From assembly GCF_036971445.1 (NCBI RefSeq), contig NC_091470.1, positions 313,224,001 through 313,288,000 on the forward strand: DNA of 64,000 bases, read 5' to 3'. The stretch is from Narcine bancroftii (taxonomy: Eukaryota). Both the position numbers and the translations under genes were made by a program. The notes under the pieces were generated by a model, which was not told the DNA's origin, did no database searches, and was given only the letters and a program-made list of their open reading frames with translations. The number at the start of each line of letters is the position of its first letter. Positions within the stretch are counted from its first letter, which is position 1. Shown in pieces: positions 1 through 13,030 of the stretch.

Positions 1-418
1 CTCTGAGTAAAGAAGTTCCCCCTCATGTTACCTCTAAACCTCTGCCCCTTAATTCTTAACTCATGTCCTCTTGTTTTAATCTTTCCTCCTCTTAACGGAA
101 ATAGTCTATCCACATCCACTCTGTCTATCCCTTTCATAATCTTAAATACTTCTATCAAATCCCCTCTCAACCTTCTACCCTCCAAAGAATAAAGACCTAA
201 TCTGTCCAATCTCTCCCTATACTCTAGATGCTTAAACCCAGGTAACATTCTCGTAAACCTTCTCTGCACTCTCTCCACTCTGTTTATATCCTTCCTATAA
301 TTAGGCGACCAGAACTGCACACAGAACTCCAAATTAGGCCGCACCAACGTCTTATACAATCTCAACATTACCTCCCAACTCCTATATTCCATGCAATGAT
401 CGATAAAGGCCAGCATAT
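1..418 (-). mobile_element. CR1 LINE 3' portion (degenerate RT C-terminus)
   Basis: Reverse complement resembles the plus-strand CR1 copies at about 5950-6540 and 27720-28110 (LYKTLVRPNLEFCVQFWSPNYRKD). Confidence 0.85.
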
Positions 419-420
419 AA

Positions 421-634
421 TAAAAACACAAAAGCTGAATCTTTATCTCCAATGAATGTTGCGAGTCCCAAAGAGTGCCTCCAGCATTTTTGTGTTTTTA
501 CTACATTCACAGCATCTGCAGACTTTCATATTTCAATAATTTCATTATCTATTCTTCATCTTTACTTTTCAGCAATGTGCAAGAATTTACATTAAGGGTA
601 AAACACGAGAGTCTGCAGGCATTGTGGTTTAATA
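421..634. repeat. Fold-back cluster of Penelope-type terminal (pLTR) fragments
   Basis: taaaaacacaaaagctg (421) is inverted relative to cagcatttttgtgttttta (about 482-500). cacagcatctgcagactttc (about 508) is inverted relative to gagagtctgcaggcattgtg (about 607). Confidence 0.6.
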
Positions 635-2487
635 CTTTGTGTCTTTGGAGCTCCAGTTCAAAGTTTACCACGTATTCAGAGAACAACCATTTACAATTTT
701 ACATTTTAAATAAGGACCTCTCAGCCCACGAGCCTGTGGTGGCCAATTACACCTAAATGACCTACAACCCCTGGTACATTAAATATTTTGAAAACTTAAT
801 ATGATGCCACAGAGCTTAGATTTTAAAATACTTGCATACTCCTTATTTTTTCACATTTAAAAGTTATGTTTACAAATACTGCCATAGTAGTTTTAATGAA
901 AAAGTAGCATCTTTTTCCAACAAAATCATAAATAAACTTTCATGATATTGTGGATTTAAATGGTTTTCTTCCTACAATACAGTTTTTCTTTTGATACCAA
1001 TGAACCCTTAATCAAAAATGCTCAAGAGACTTCCCATTGTCCATTCCATTCAGTGACAATCTTAACCATTTGGTCTAATGCTACCCTTCTATCTCCATTC
1101 CTGCAATTTCTGCAGAAGTATACATTCTTTATGTAAATACTTATCCTATCACAAAATTACTATTCAAACTGAACTCCGTGTTAATTTATTAAAAAATCAG
1201 ATCTATTTCTCAGACATTTAAACTTAATTTTGCTGTCAGAAGACAAATAAATCAATTACTCACACAAGAAACCAAGATTTACTAAGAGAAATTAATTTAT
1301 CATATTTAATTATTAATCTACTAAGTTACAAAATCATCATCTCTGAATGAATGCAATTTCTATAACTTCCTCCAAGGGGCACTAAAAACCTAATGAAGGT
1401 TTATAACTTACACAGCAGCAAAAAAAAAAGCAATTATTTATGGACTCTGCTCCAGCAAAATGGTTCCTTTAAATGTGGAAGGATTGTCTACTGAGTCAGT
1501 GTGGGTGGAAGTCAGAAGCAGGAAGGGAGCTATCACTCTATTGTTAGAAGTCGAGAGGCCCCCAAATAGCCCTCGGGACATTGAGGAGCACATAAGTCAG
1601 CAGATTGTGGAATGGAGCAAAAAGAAGCAGGGTTGTTGCTATGGGAAACTTCAATTTCGCTAATATTGACTTGGACTTCCTTACTGCAAGAGGGATAGAT
1701 GGGGTAGAATTTGTCAGAGTCCCAGGGTGTCCAAGAAGGATTTCTGACACAGTATGTTGACAAGCCGACTGGAGGAGAGGCCATACTTGATCTAGTACTG
1801 GGTCAGGTGACAGACCTCTTGGTAGGGTAGTATATCGGTGACAGTGACAACTTCCTGATCTTTAGCATAGGTATGGACAAGGATAGGAGTAGATAAAATG
1901 GTAAAGTGTTTAATTGGGAAAGGGCTAACAACAATGGAATGGCACAGGAACTAGGGAGAGTAAATTGGGAACTTATGCTCTCATGGAAATGCTAAAATGT
2001 AATGTGGAGGATGTTGAGGAACCCCTAGGGGGTCCTGCATAGATTTGTCCTACTGAGACAGGGAAAAGATGAGGGAATAGTGGTTGAGATAAGAGGTGAG
2101 GCAGCTAGTTAGAGAGAAAAAAGGAAGCATACACAAGATTTAAGAAGCAAAAGACAGGAAGGGCTCATGAGAATTATATGGTAGACAGGATTGAACTGAA
2201 CAAAAGACTTCAGAGAGTTAGAAGAGGTCACAAGAAGGCCTTAGCGTAGGATAAAGGAAAATCCAAATGGGTTTTATGCACAAGTAAAGAACTGAAAGAT
2301 GACTAGAATGAAGATGGGACTGCTTAAGGATAAAGGAGACAACGTGTGCCTGGAGGCAGAAGAGAGAAGAGAGGGGAGGTCTTTGCTTCAGTATTCACCA
2401 GAGAGAGGAATCTTGGGCAATGCAAGGTCAGAAAAGAACAAGTTTAAGTGCTGGAGCAAGGTTAAGAGTCATGCAGGATCTTGTTAA

Positions 2488-3859
2488 TGTTACGAGCCCA
2501 GAGGACCCATAAACTCAGCAGCAATAGATATTCACCAAGACAAATGGTTACTTAAACAAAAGTTGCTTTTAATTATCTTTAAACATGAAAATAGAATTAA
2601 ACTTTAACTTATCTATTATTAACTTACTTAACCCTTTTCTAATTCTAAGTGCATGTGTATATAATGCGTGTGTAAATTCAGAAAAGTTCTTTGGTTCACA
2701 GTCCGATCTCACTTCTCATTCCTCTAAGTTCACTGGTTGCAGGCAATTCTTATACTGTGCACAGAATTTAACATGTATAAAGTTCACTATGATTTGGTGC
2801 TCGAAAGGTAAATGGTTACCGATCAGGAAGGTTCTTGTTGGTTTTCAGAGAGAGATGTGTTGTTCCAGGACATCCACAACTGAGGTACTTCCCTCAGTCA
2901 CCTCAGTGTTCTTTCTTTGGCTTGGCTTCGCGGACGAAGATTTATGGAGGGGGTAAAAAAGTCCACGTCAGCTGCAGGCTCGTTTGTGGCTGACAAGTCC
3001 GATGCGGGACAGGCAGACACGGTTGCAGCGGCTGCAGGGGAAAATTGGTTGGTTGGGGTTGGGTGTTGGGTTTTTCCTCCTTTGCCTTATGTCAGTGAGG
3101 TGGGCTCTGCGGTCTTCTTCAAAGGAGGTTGCTGCCCGCCAAACTGTGAGGTGCCAAGATGCACGGTTTGAGGCGATATCAGCCCACTGGCGGTGGTCAA
3201 TGTGGCAGGGACCAAGAGATTTCTTTAGGCAGTCCTTGTACCTCAGTGTAATGCTGAGGAAACTTGCCCCATTGGGGTTCTCCAGAAGATAACAAATTTC
3301 TTTCAGGCTATCACAGAGTTCCTTTCTGTTTCATTTGCATGAAACTTCTTGCATGAAAAACAAGGGCTGTGACTCAGCCTTCTTCCACACTGGAGTTCTG
3401 TTTCAGTTCCAGCTGTTCCCCTGGCCGAAACACAGTCAGAGACTGCTCTCTCTCTCTCTCACACACACACTCACTCAGACTGAGACAGCCTGTTTGACTC
3501 TCTCTACTCGCAAAAACACATGAGCTTCTCCAGCAAACATTAGGAGCCAGCATTCTCCTTCATCTGTTGCTTTTGGATAAACAAGAACCATCAGTGAAGT
3601 CTCTCAGCACTCTTCAAAGCTCCTGCAAAAAGGTGTGAGAATCCACTGTCTCCTCTGTTGCTTTATAAACAATAGTCCATTTATTCCACAACATCAGTCC
3701 AATTAACACCTACTTGTGAAGTCTCCATAAAAATTCTTCAAAGTTTCTGTAGTCACTGTGGACATGAAGTCTCCAGTATTTCAAGTAAGATTTGTTTTGA
3801 AGTGTTTGTATGTAACGTACTCTATCCTTTCCCAATTTATCTCTATATACTCTGTCACA
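2488..3859. mobile_element. Solo LTR with 4-bp TTAA target-site duplication, inserted in CR1
   Basis: TTAA(2484-2487)-TGTTAC...GTCACA-TTAA(3860-3863). CR1 sequence resumes on both sides. Confidence 0.8.
2910..3239 (-). mobile_element. 5'-truncated RTE LINE 3' end inserted in the solo LTR
   Basis: Near-identical to 38340-38670. TSD acctcagtgt at 2900-2909 and 3240-3249. Confidence 0.92.
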
Positions 3860-4834
3860 TTAAAAACATTAGGATTGCCAAGTCCTCAGAACCAGATGAG
3901 ATATACTACAGGAAGCAAGGGAAGGGATTGCTGGGGCATTGGCAATGATCTTTACATCCACCCTGGACACAAAAATGGTACCGGAGAATTGGAGAATAGC
4001 AAATGTAGTTTCCTTGTTTAATAAAGGTCATAGGGAGAATCTTGAGAATTATAGACCAGCGAGTGATATGGAAACCATTGGAGAGGATTTATAACCATGT
4101 AGAGAAGCAATGTCTGCTCAGGAAGAGTCAGCATGATTTTGTGGAGGCAGGTCATGCCTCATAAGCCAAATTGAGTTTTTTTGAGGTAGTAACAAAAGAA
4201 ATTGATGAAGGTTGGGCAATAGATGTAGTGCATATGGATGTTATTGAAGCATTTGATAAGGCCCATCATGGTAGACTCAATCAGAAAGACATGAGGCATG
4301 GGATCCATGGAACCTTGGCTGTGTGGATTCAGAATTGACTTGTCTGCAGAAAACAGATGGTAGATGCAGATGGAACGTATTCGGCCTGGAGATTAATGAC
4401 AAGTATAGTTCTGCAGGGATTGTTTTGGGACTCCTGCCTTTGTGGTTTTTTTTTATATAAATGATCTGGAAGAAGAATTAGAAGTTTTCAGATGACATGA
4501 AAGTGAAGTGTTGTGGATTGTATAGAAGGTGGCCATAGGTTACAACAGGATGTAGAGATGGATTGAGAAGAGGCAGATGAAATTCAATCCAGATAAATGC
4601 AAAGTAATGCTTTTTGGAAGATCCAATTTGAAGGCAGAGTACATGGTCAATGGCAGGATTCTTAATAGTGTGGAAGAACAGACAGACTTTGGGGCCTAAT
4701 CCATCTTTATTTCAAGGTTTTCATGAAGGTTGACAGGGTAGTTAAGAAGGCTCATGACCTTCTGAGTCATGGGTTTGAGATCAAGACGTAATGTTGCATC
4801 TCTATAAAACTCTGGTTAGGCCATACTTGGAATA

Positions 4835-5087
4835 CAGGTGGTCCTCAACTTCTGACATATGCGAGTTACTTCCAACCTCACAGAAGACGAAAAAAATGTT
4901 AAATCTTTAATATAACTACTGTCCAAGTACATATTTTATATTAAAAGTACTGAATACAGTAGTCCCTGCTCCCAGCAAAGCCTGAAGTCCCCACTCCCCA
5001 TTCCCCATTGGCAGCCCGTGGTCCCCATTCCCCAACTTACAACCAATCCTTTGGTCCCCATTACTGCCATAAGTCAGAGACTACCTG
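4835..5087. mobile_element. Tc1/mariner-superfamily (Tigger/pogo-like) MITE
   Basis: TA-CAGGTGGTCCTCAACTT...AAGTCAGAGACTACCTG-TG imperfect TIRs. Interrupts the CR1 sequence gaata|ttgtgttcag. Confidence 0.75.
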
Positions 5088-5383
5088 TGTTGTGTTCAGT
5101 TTTGGTCACCTCATTACAGGAGGGATGTAGAAGCTTTAGAGAGGGTGCATTAGAGATTTACTAAAATGTTGCATGGGTTGGAAAACGAGTATTATGAAGC
5201 AAGGTTAGCAGGCTTTTCTCTTTAGAACGAACAAGGATGAGAGATGAGTTAATATAGATCCATAAGAGTATGAGAGGCATAAATAGGATGGACACCCTGC
5301 ATTTTTTTCCCCCAAAGTGACTGTAACAAATACGAGGACATCTGTATAAGATGAGGGGAAGAAAATTTAAGGGATAATTTCTT

Positions 5384-6715
5384 TTATATTCCATGAAAGC
5401 TGACAAAGGAAAGACTGTGGGTGTATTTTACATGGACTTTAGCAAGGCCTTTGACAAGGTCCCACATGGGAAGTTAATTAGGAAGGATAGGACATTAGGT
5501 GTTCATGGTAAAGTAGTGAACTGGATTTGACAATGGTGAGACGGGAGAAGACAGAAAGTAGTGGTGGATGATTGTTCCTCAGACTGGAGGCCTGTGACTA
5601 GTGGTGTGCCTCAGGGATCAGTGCTGGGACAATTGTTGTTTGTCATCTATATCAATGATCTGGATGATAATGTGGTAAATTGGATCAGCAAGTTTGCAGA
5701 TGTCTCTAAGATTGGAGGCATTGTGGAGAGCGAAGGAGGTTTTCAAAGCTTGCAGATGGATCTTGACCTGCTGTAAAAATAAGTTGAAAAATGGCAGATG
5801 GAAGGACAAACCAAGAAAGGACATACACAGTAAATAGTAGAGCACTATTGTATGGTAGAACAGAGGGATCTGGAAATACAGATAAATTTTTCCCTGAAAG
5901 TAGCATCACAGCTGGATAGGGTTGTAAAGAGAGCTTTTAGCATATTGGCCTTCATAAATCAAACTATTGAGCATTGGAGACAGGATTTTATGGAAAAGTT
6001 GTATAAGACATTGGTGAGGCCAAACTTGGAATATTGTGTGCTGTTCTGGTCACCTAACTACAGGAAAGATATCAATAAGATAGAAAGAGTGCAGAGAAGA
6101 TTTACTTGGATGTTGCTTGGACTTCAGGAACTGAGTTACAGGGAAAGGTTAAACAGATTAAGACTTTACTCCCTCATTCATAGAAGAATGAGGGAAGATT
6201 TGATAGAGGTGTAGATCAGTCACTGTTCATATCCTGTATATCCGGTTACTGGGGTTCCAGGGGATTCTTTATGGTGGCGTATTCCAGTGGCCACATTCTG
6301 TTACTTTGCATCCTCAATGTATATAGTTAATAAACTAACTATTAAGTTAATCCACTTGCTTTAATTTATCTAAATATGCAACAAGAGGTATTTAAAATTA
6401 TGAGCGGGATAGATGGAGTAAATGCAGATAGGCTTTTTTCACTGAGGGTAGGCGAGATACAAATCAGAGGACATGGGTTAAGAGTGCAAGGGGAAAAGTT
6501 TAGTGGGAACATAAGGGAAACCTTTTCACACAAAGAGAGTGGTGAGAGTGTAGAACGAGCTGCCAGCTGAAGTGGTTAATGCAGTCAATTTTAACATTTC
6601 AGAATTTCAACAGGGAGAGGTATGGAGGACAATGGACTGGTGCATGTCAGTAGTTTGCCACAGATTAGAAAGGCTGAAGAGACCTATTTCTGTGCTCCAA
6701 TGTTCTATGATTATG
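5384..6715 (+). mobile_element. 5'-truncated CR1 LINE (RT + 3' tail)
   Basis: DFSKAFDKVPH, VTSGVPQGSVLG, KFAD and LYKTLVRPNLEYC motifs; tgttctatg tail. Confidence 0.9.
6210..6383 (+). mobile_element. 174-bp solo-LTR-like insertion with 5-bp TSD
   Basis: AGAGG(6205-6209)-TGTAG...CAACA-AGAGG(6384-6388), AATAAA at 6329-6334. Removing it restores the CR1 peptide DLIEVFKIM. Confidence 0.8.
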
Positions 6716-8989
6716 GATACAAGTTAGGGTACAAGTAAGGGAAGGTTTAGATTGTTGAATACGTTTACATAGGTTGGCACAACATTGAGGGCAAAGGGCC
6801 TGTTCTGTGCTGTCATGTTCTATGTTGAGAAACTCTCCAAATGCTACTGTTCAACGGCATTGTGCCATGTGATATTTTTCCTCAAAATCGCAGGTTACAA
6901 AATCTGTAAGTGAGCACGTTAGAAAAGACAAGAAACACAATCTGCTGGAGAAACAAAAAAAAAATCAGAGCAGTGGGGAAAAAAATGGTTGACATTTTAG
7001 CAAAAGGTGAAAGATAAAATAATATGAACATGATCGATAATTATTTTTTGGACTGAAGATGAATTAAATAAAACTTTCTCAGTCTGGCAAGCTGTGACTA
7101 AGGGTGTATCAAAGAGATCAGTGCAGGGACCTAAATATTCACACCAGTTTCAATACTTTGGCTGAGGAGTCCAAAAGTCATATTTCCACGTTCACTTGTG
7201 ATGCAAAATTAAGTAGGATGGTGACTAGCAAGGAGATGTCCACAGATTGGAAGGATATTCAGAAATGCTGGGTGAGTGAACTCACACATTGTTTCTGCAA
7301 TAATAGTGAGTAAATTGAAAGTATCCACTTTGTAATTTCAAAGATGTACAAACTCCCTGAATAAAGGCATTTCTTCTTCTCTCAAATTTAAAGGGTTGAA
7401 TTCTAACTTCAAAAGAATGGATTCAAAGTCTGACAAAAATTCAAGTCAAAACATTCATTCTGTTTTTCTCTTTCACCAGATACTGGTAGATCTGCTGAAT
7501 TTTCCATTTTTATTACATTGAAAATATTTATAATTATTTTGCTTTAAGGTCTGGACTCACAAATACAACAAAATTAATTTCTCAGAATTTCTCATTTATT
7601 TAAATAACATTCACACAACATTCTTCCAAACTATTCTACAGAATCTCTTTTCATGGGTCAAAGCTCCCCAAATACTCAGAAAATAAATCTTTTCTGAGCT
7701 ACAGAAACTAAAACTGCACATTGTATTCCTGTTGCAGTCTCATAAGGCCCCTGTGCAATCGCAATAAAACTTTGCTACCCTTGTGCTTTTTTAAAAAAAC
7801 TCCTGCATTTAAGACTTGCATACCATTCACCTCTGAAATGATCATTTTCTACATTCCAATAGTCGATCTGATCCTTTTCAAGATCTACAGTTATTTTTAG
7901 CTTCTCACCAACTCTATGATTTCCACAAAAGTGAATAGCTCCATGCCTGCAGTTCATTTACCCACCTTACACTCAAAACATTTTGCAAACTGTATTCTCG
8001 CACAGATCACTCCAAGTGCTGTGAAGTCACACAGAAACAAGAGTCCACTATTAAGGCAGACACCGCGAAGCCAAGCCAAAGAGAGAAATAGCTGAGAACG
8101 CAGCACTCATTTTTGCAGGTCACCATAATTAGTAACCAGCCCAATCAAAATTGATTTGATTATTCCTGGAATTAAATCTGAAATAAATACTAAACCATGT
8201 CTCTTTCCACAGATGTTTATCTAGTCTGATAGTTGCAATCATTTTCTGTTTTTACTTATTCCTACTTTACAGTTAGGTCCTTTAACTAATTCTGAACTCA
8301 TGCAGTATTATATCTTATTGGATTGAACAACCTTTTGAGCGGTACCTTATCCAGATCCATTGATTCCCCATTGTCTACCTGCTTGCTACATCCTCAAAAC
8401 ACGGTTGGTTTGGTGTTCTGAGTACCTCATTATTACATTCTAATTAATGGTTTAAAGTAGATATCTGCCTTTCGAATATATCTTTTGACTAGTGCTTGCC
8501 TAATACATCAATTACAGAAAATGCAGGATGTAGTATCTTTCCAATGACCTTTCACTTCCACTAAACATAGGATGAATTCCTAATGGACAGACCTTTGTAG
8601 CAGAAAAAAAAGATTTAAATATTGGCAAGCTGCAATTAAGGGCATGGGGAGGATTTCAGTGACATTATGAAAAAAAACAGAAGAGCCAATAATTTTACAA
8701 TGTTGTTGCAGAGGCACAGCATCCAATAATAAGCCTAGAATTGTAGGGGCAGCTGCTACAAAAAGTCAGGAAAGCAGACAAGATAGAAAATCCAAATTCG
8801 CAACATGAACTATTTGCACGAACCCTGAAAGTATTGTGTACTCATTTCTAAAAAGTAGAAAAGTACATAAATCACAGATTACATTTTTTTTAAATAAAGA
8901 AAAATAACGACTGCCAAGAAAACTATTTAATGAGAATGCCGAAGTTCTTCCAGTGTGTCCAATTTCATCCAATTCCAACTATTATGCAC

Positions 8990-9239
8990 CTGTTGCTTTT
9001 GGATAAACAAGATCCATCAGTGAAGTCTCTCAGCACTCTTCAAAGCTCCTGCAAAAAGGTGTGAGTATCCACTGTCTCCTCTGTTGCTTTATAAACAATA
9101 GTCCATTTATTCCACAACACCAGTCCAATTAACACCTACTTGTAAAGTCTCCATAGGAATTCTTCAAAGTTTCTGTAAAGTCACTGTGGACATGAAGTCT
9201 CCAGTATTTCAAATAAGATTTGTTTTGAAGTGTTTGTAT
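8990..9239. repeat. Internal 250-bp fragment of the LTR family at 2488-3859
   Basis: Near-identical direct copy of about 3564-3811; no TG/CA termini. Confidence 0.9.
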
Positions 9240-9746
9240 TTCAGGTATTTTCAAATTCACCTGGGATTTCATCGAAAAGACAAAATTTGCCATCATTTCC
9301 TTACCTAACCTAGTCATCACTCATTCACAGGAGTATATTACCAAGAGCATGACTCCAAAAGCACTATTCATTCTTCACATACAATGAGCCTCAAAAGTAA
9401 ACAATTTCTTTGATCCAGAGTCATGCAGCATGGAATAGTCTCCTCAGCCCAATTTCTCTGCAGTCAATGAACTCAAAGAAGCTTGCACAAGCACACAAAT
9501 GTAATTTTGAACAAATCTTTGCAACTCCCATCAGAGGTCATTACAGAAGGGACAATACCATTCATTTATTTTGTAATTTTAAGAAAAGTTAGTTTATTTT
9601 CTTGTTCCCTAGCAAGGACTCCAATAATATATAACCCAAAATTATAATTATCTATTTTTATACACATCAATTTCAATTCTATATATTGAAAAATTGATTT
9701 GTAAATAATTAGCCCATATTGTAAAAAGCTTAAAAAGTAAAAGTTA

Positions 9747-9905
<159 letters not shown>

Positions 9906-10389
9906 TTAACCAAATTCATATTTCTGTGTATAATGAAGAGCTTGCACTAAAATAATGCTGGAATAACCATTTCATATCCAAACATTAAAAGAATAACTAA
10001 AAACTGAATAAATAATTTTCCATTTATCGCAACTGACATTTGCATATTGGACTCTACAACAAAAAAAAGTAATTGAAGTATGAATGCTAATTAAATTTGT
10101 TACATCAAATTGGAAAGAAAATTAAGGATATCAAAACATTCTTGCATTTTCAATGACACTGAAAATATTAAATGCTATTATTCAAAAGCAAAACAGAACT
10201 TTTTTTTAAAAATTGGCTGTTTGAAATAAATGAAACTGGCATTATGATAAATATCACAAACCGTCAAAATTTCTCTTCCTTCCCAATCCCCAGTGCAAAT
10301 GCCTGATATATTAACAAATGCAAACCAAACAAGAACAAATAATTTTGATGACTATTGAATTGAAAATAAAGATTAAATATCAGGCAACT

Positions 10390-10975
10390 GCTTTGTGAGG
10401 CATCTGCTTCCAATCCCCAGGGGAAATCCTGATTTTCCGGTTGTATGCTACTTCAATTCTCCTACTCTCACCTCTGCCTGTGGCCTCCTACATTGTTATT
10501 GCACAAGTTAAAGGAACATTATCTTGTCTTTTGTCTGGGCACAATATACCTTCTGGACTATCAAATTCTACAATTTTAACAACATGCTTTTATTTACACC
10601 ATAACCAACCAATTGTGTTGCAAGTAATCCATCTGTAAAGCTTGCTCAGTCTTTTTTTGCTCCATAAAAAAATCTGACCTGGTGGGCAATTCACATTTTC
10701 ATACCCCTTTATCTTGTCTGACAACCTCATTAACCAATCAACCAGATGCTTAACCAAACAATTTATCATCATGGCAACTCTGGCCTCTACAATAAACTTC
10801 CCTCAACCTCTCGCTCAATCTCACCTTCTCTATAATTTAAAATTCTTTTCTCCTTTTCCAGTTCTGTGAAAAATTTTAGATGTTAACTCATTCTCTTTCA
10901 ACAGATGCTGTCTGACATCTCCGTTATTCAGTAATTTATTTATATTTTAGATTCCCAACAACTGCTAGCTTTTGT
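10390..10975 (+). mobile_element. Old Penelope-like element 3' remnant
   Basis: Decayed KLKEH...FCLG...PSGL GIY-YIG tail followed by a pLTR-type cagatgctgtctgac motif. Confidence 0.5.
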
Positions 10976-12089
10976 TCGAGGGCATTCTATTAAATTTGCT
11001 GATTTAAATTCGAAATGTCTGCTTAAAAGCTCTGACTTTAAGCTTCCTGTGGTGAACAGCAGAATTCTTGATTACCTGGTTGCACCCCATTCTGTGGCCC
11101 CTCTCTTTTCACCTCACCTTGTACAAAGCCTCTTACACCTTGACCCTTCCCCAGAAAGCCCGAATCATGGCACAGGATGAGGTCCTTGTCCATTGTAAAT
11201 AAGAACCTGTAGATCAGTGACTCAGTCTCAGCCTCTCAAGTTATTTACTGTGCGGCACTTCTGCAAAATATTAATAACATGACCACTTTACCATCCTTCG
11301 CTCCTTCTGGGCTTCAAATTCTATGGTGAAATGTATCATCATTTGAGTTTTTTTTTCCCCCCAGTCCTAATGTTTCTAAGCAGCAAAACTGGATGGAAAT
11401 GACTGGAGCTTGACTTAAGCTTTTAAGAATTTATGCCAGATTTGGCCTCGCACGATCAAGACTATCTGTTGTTGATCATCACCCAATGCCCCTGCTCATC
11501 TAATCAATCAGCACTTTTTCATTTTTATCCAATGAGAATAGTAAAAAACTGGGTACTCCGTGACCAAGAAAAATCAATCACCACCGAACTTGATCTGAAG
11601 AATACAACTGCAGATTAGAATCCACGAAAATTAAAATAAAGAAATAATCTACCACATCCTTGAAAATCTATCTGCTGTGATTGCATCTCCTCATTATGCA
11701 TTGAGGAAGTGACTTTTGTGTAGTCCTTGTCATGCCAGCTTGAATTTGCAGATCTACCAGCAAAAGGCATCATGGGATATCAGCAGCTATGAAGTCTACT
11801 GCTATTTCCCGGCCTGGTATTCCTGCTTGCATCATTACCTTCACAGGAAAATAATCATTGTTCATCGAAAAATATTATAATACATGCTCAGGGGGCAAAG
11901 TTTTAATACCAACAACAAAATGAATATACCTACAAGTTAACACACAACTATGGACTAATTTATACCTCTGCAATCTTAATACATGCAATCAGGAATATTA
12001 TTTTTCCTTTATTTCTCAATTGTGGAGATACCTTGCATCCAAAATTGATTTTCTTTTCTGAAAATAGCGGCAAAATATGTTCTTGAAAG

Positions 12090-13030
12090 AACTCCTCATT
12101 GATCATCATCACTGGCACATCCCAAGGATGCGAGCTTAGCCCACTGCTCTACTTATTCTTCACCCATGACTCTGTGGCCAGGCACAATGCCAATGCGATC
12201 TACAAGTTTGCCAACTGTACCACAGTTGTTAGTAGAATCACAAACCGCAACGAGGAAGCAGATAGGAGGAAGAAAGATCAGCTCGTTGAATGGTGCAATG
12301 ACAACAACCTTGCGCTCAATGTCAGCAAAACCAAGATGATTGTGGACTTCAGGAGGAAGTCAGGGGAACACAACTTAGTCCTCATCGAGGGCTCAGTAGT
12401 GAGAGGGTCAAGAACTTCAAATTCCTGGGTGTCGACATCTCCGAGGATCTGTCCTAGAGCCTCCATATTGATGCAATCACAAAGGTGGCTCGCCAGTGGC
12501 TATACTTTGTGAGATGCCTGAGGAGATTCGGTATGTCACCAAAGACATTTGAAAACTAATACAGGTGTACCGTGGAGAGGATTCTGGCTGGTTGCAGCAC
12601 TGCCTGGTATGGAGGCTCCAAGTTTTAGGACAAGAATAAACTCCAGAGTTGTTAACTCGGCCTGCGACATCACAGGCACTATACTTCACTCCATTGAGGC
12701 GGTGAATTAAAAAGAAAAGCAACCTATAATCCTCAAAGACCCCCACCACCCAGGCCATGCCCTCTTCACTCTGCTACCATCAGGGAAAAGGTACAGGAGC
12801 CTAAAGACGAGCACTCAGCAGAACAGCACAGCTTCTTCCCCGCTGCCATCAGATTCCTGAATAATCAATCAACTAAAGACACTGCCTTACTTTTCATGCT
12901 CTATTATTATTTTTTTATATATATAGTAATTTCTTAAGATGGTTATAAATATGAATGTTTGCTCTATGATGCTACCACAAAACACTGAATTTCATGACTT
13001 GTTCATGACAATAAATACATACTAATTCTG
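12090..13030 (+). mobile_element. Rex1/Babar-like LINE, 5'-truncated
   Basis: TGTSQGCELSPLLYLFFTHD...IYKFA and LNVSKTK..VDFRR peptides, then HPGHALFTLLPSGKRYRS; aataaa...ttctga end. Confidence 0.8.

Larger units (their letters stand above)
1460..5380 (+). mobile_element. Degenerate CR1 LINE (endonuclease + RT), interrupted by a solo LTR and a MITE; its 3' tail appears to resume at about 6715-6826
   Basis: TESVWVEVRSRKG...PPNSPRDIEEHI endonuclease-like peptide, plus RT remnants (NYRP, QHDF, AFDK). Many stops and frameshifts. Confidence 0.85.
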
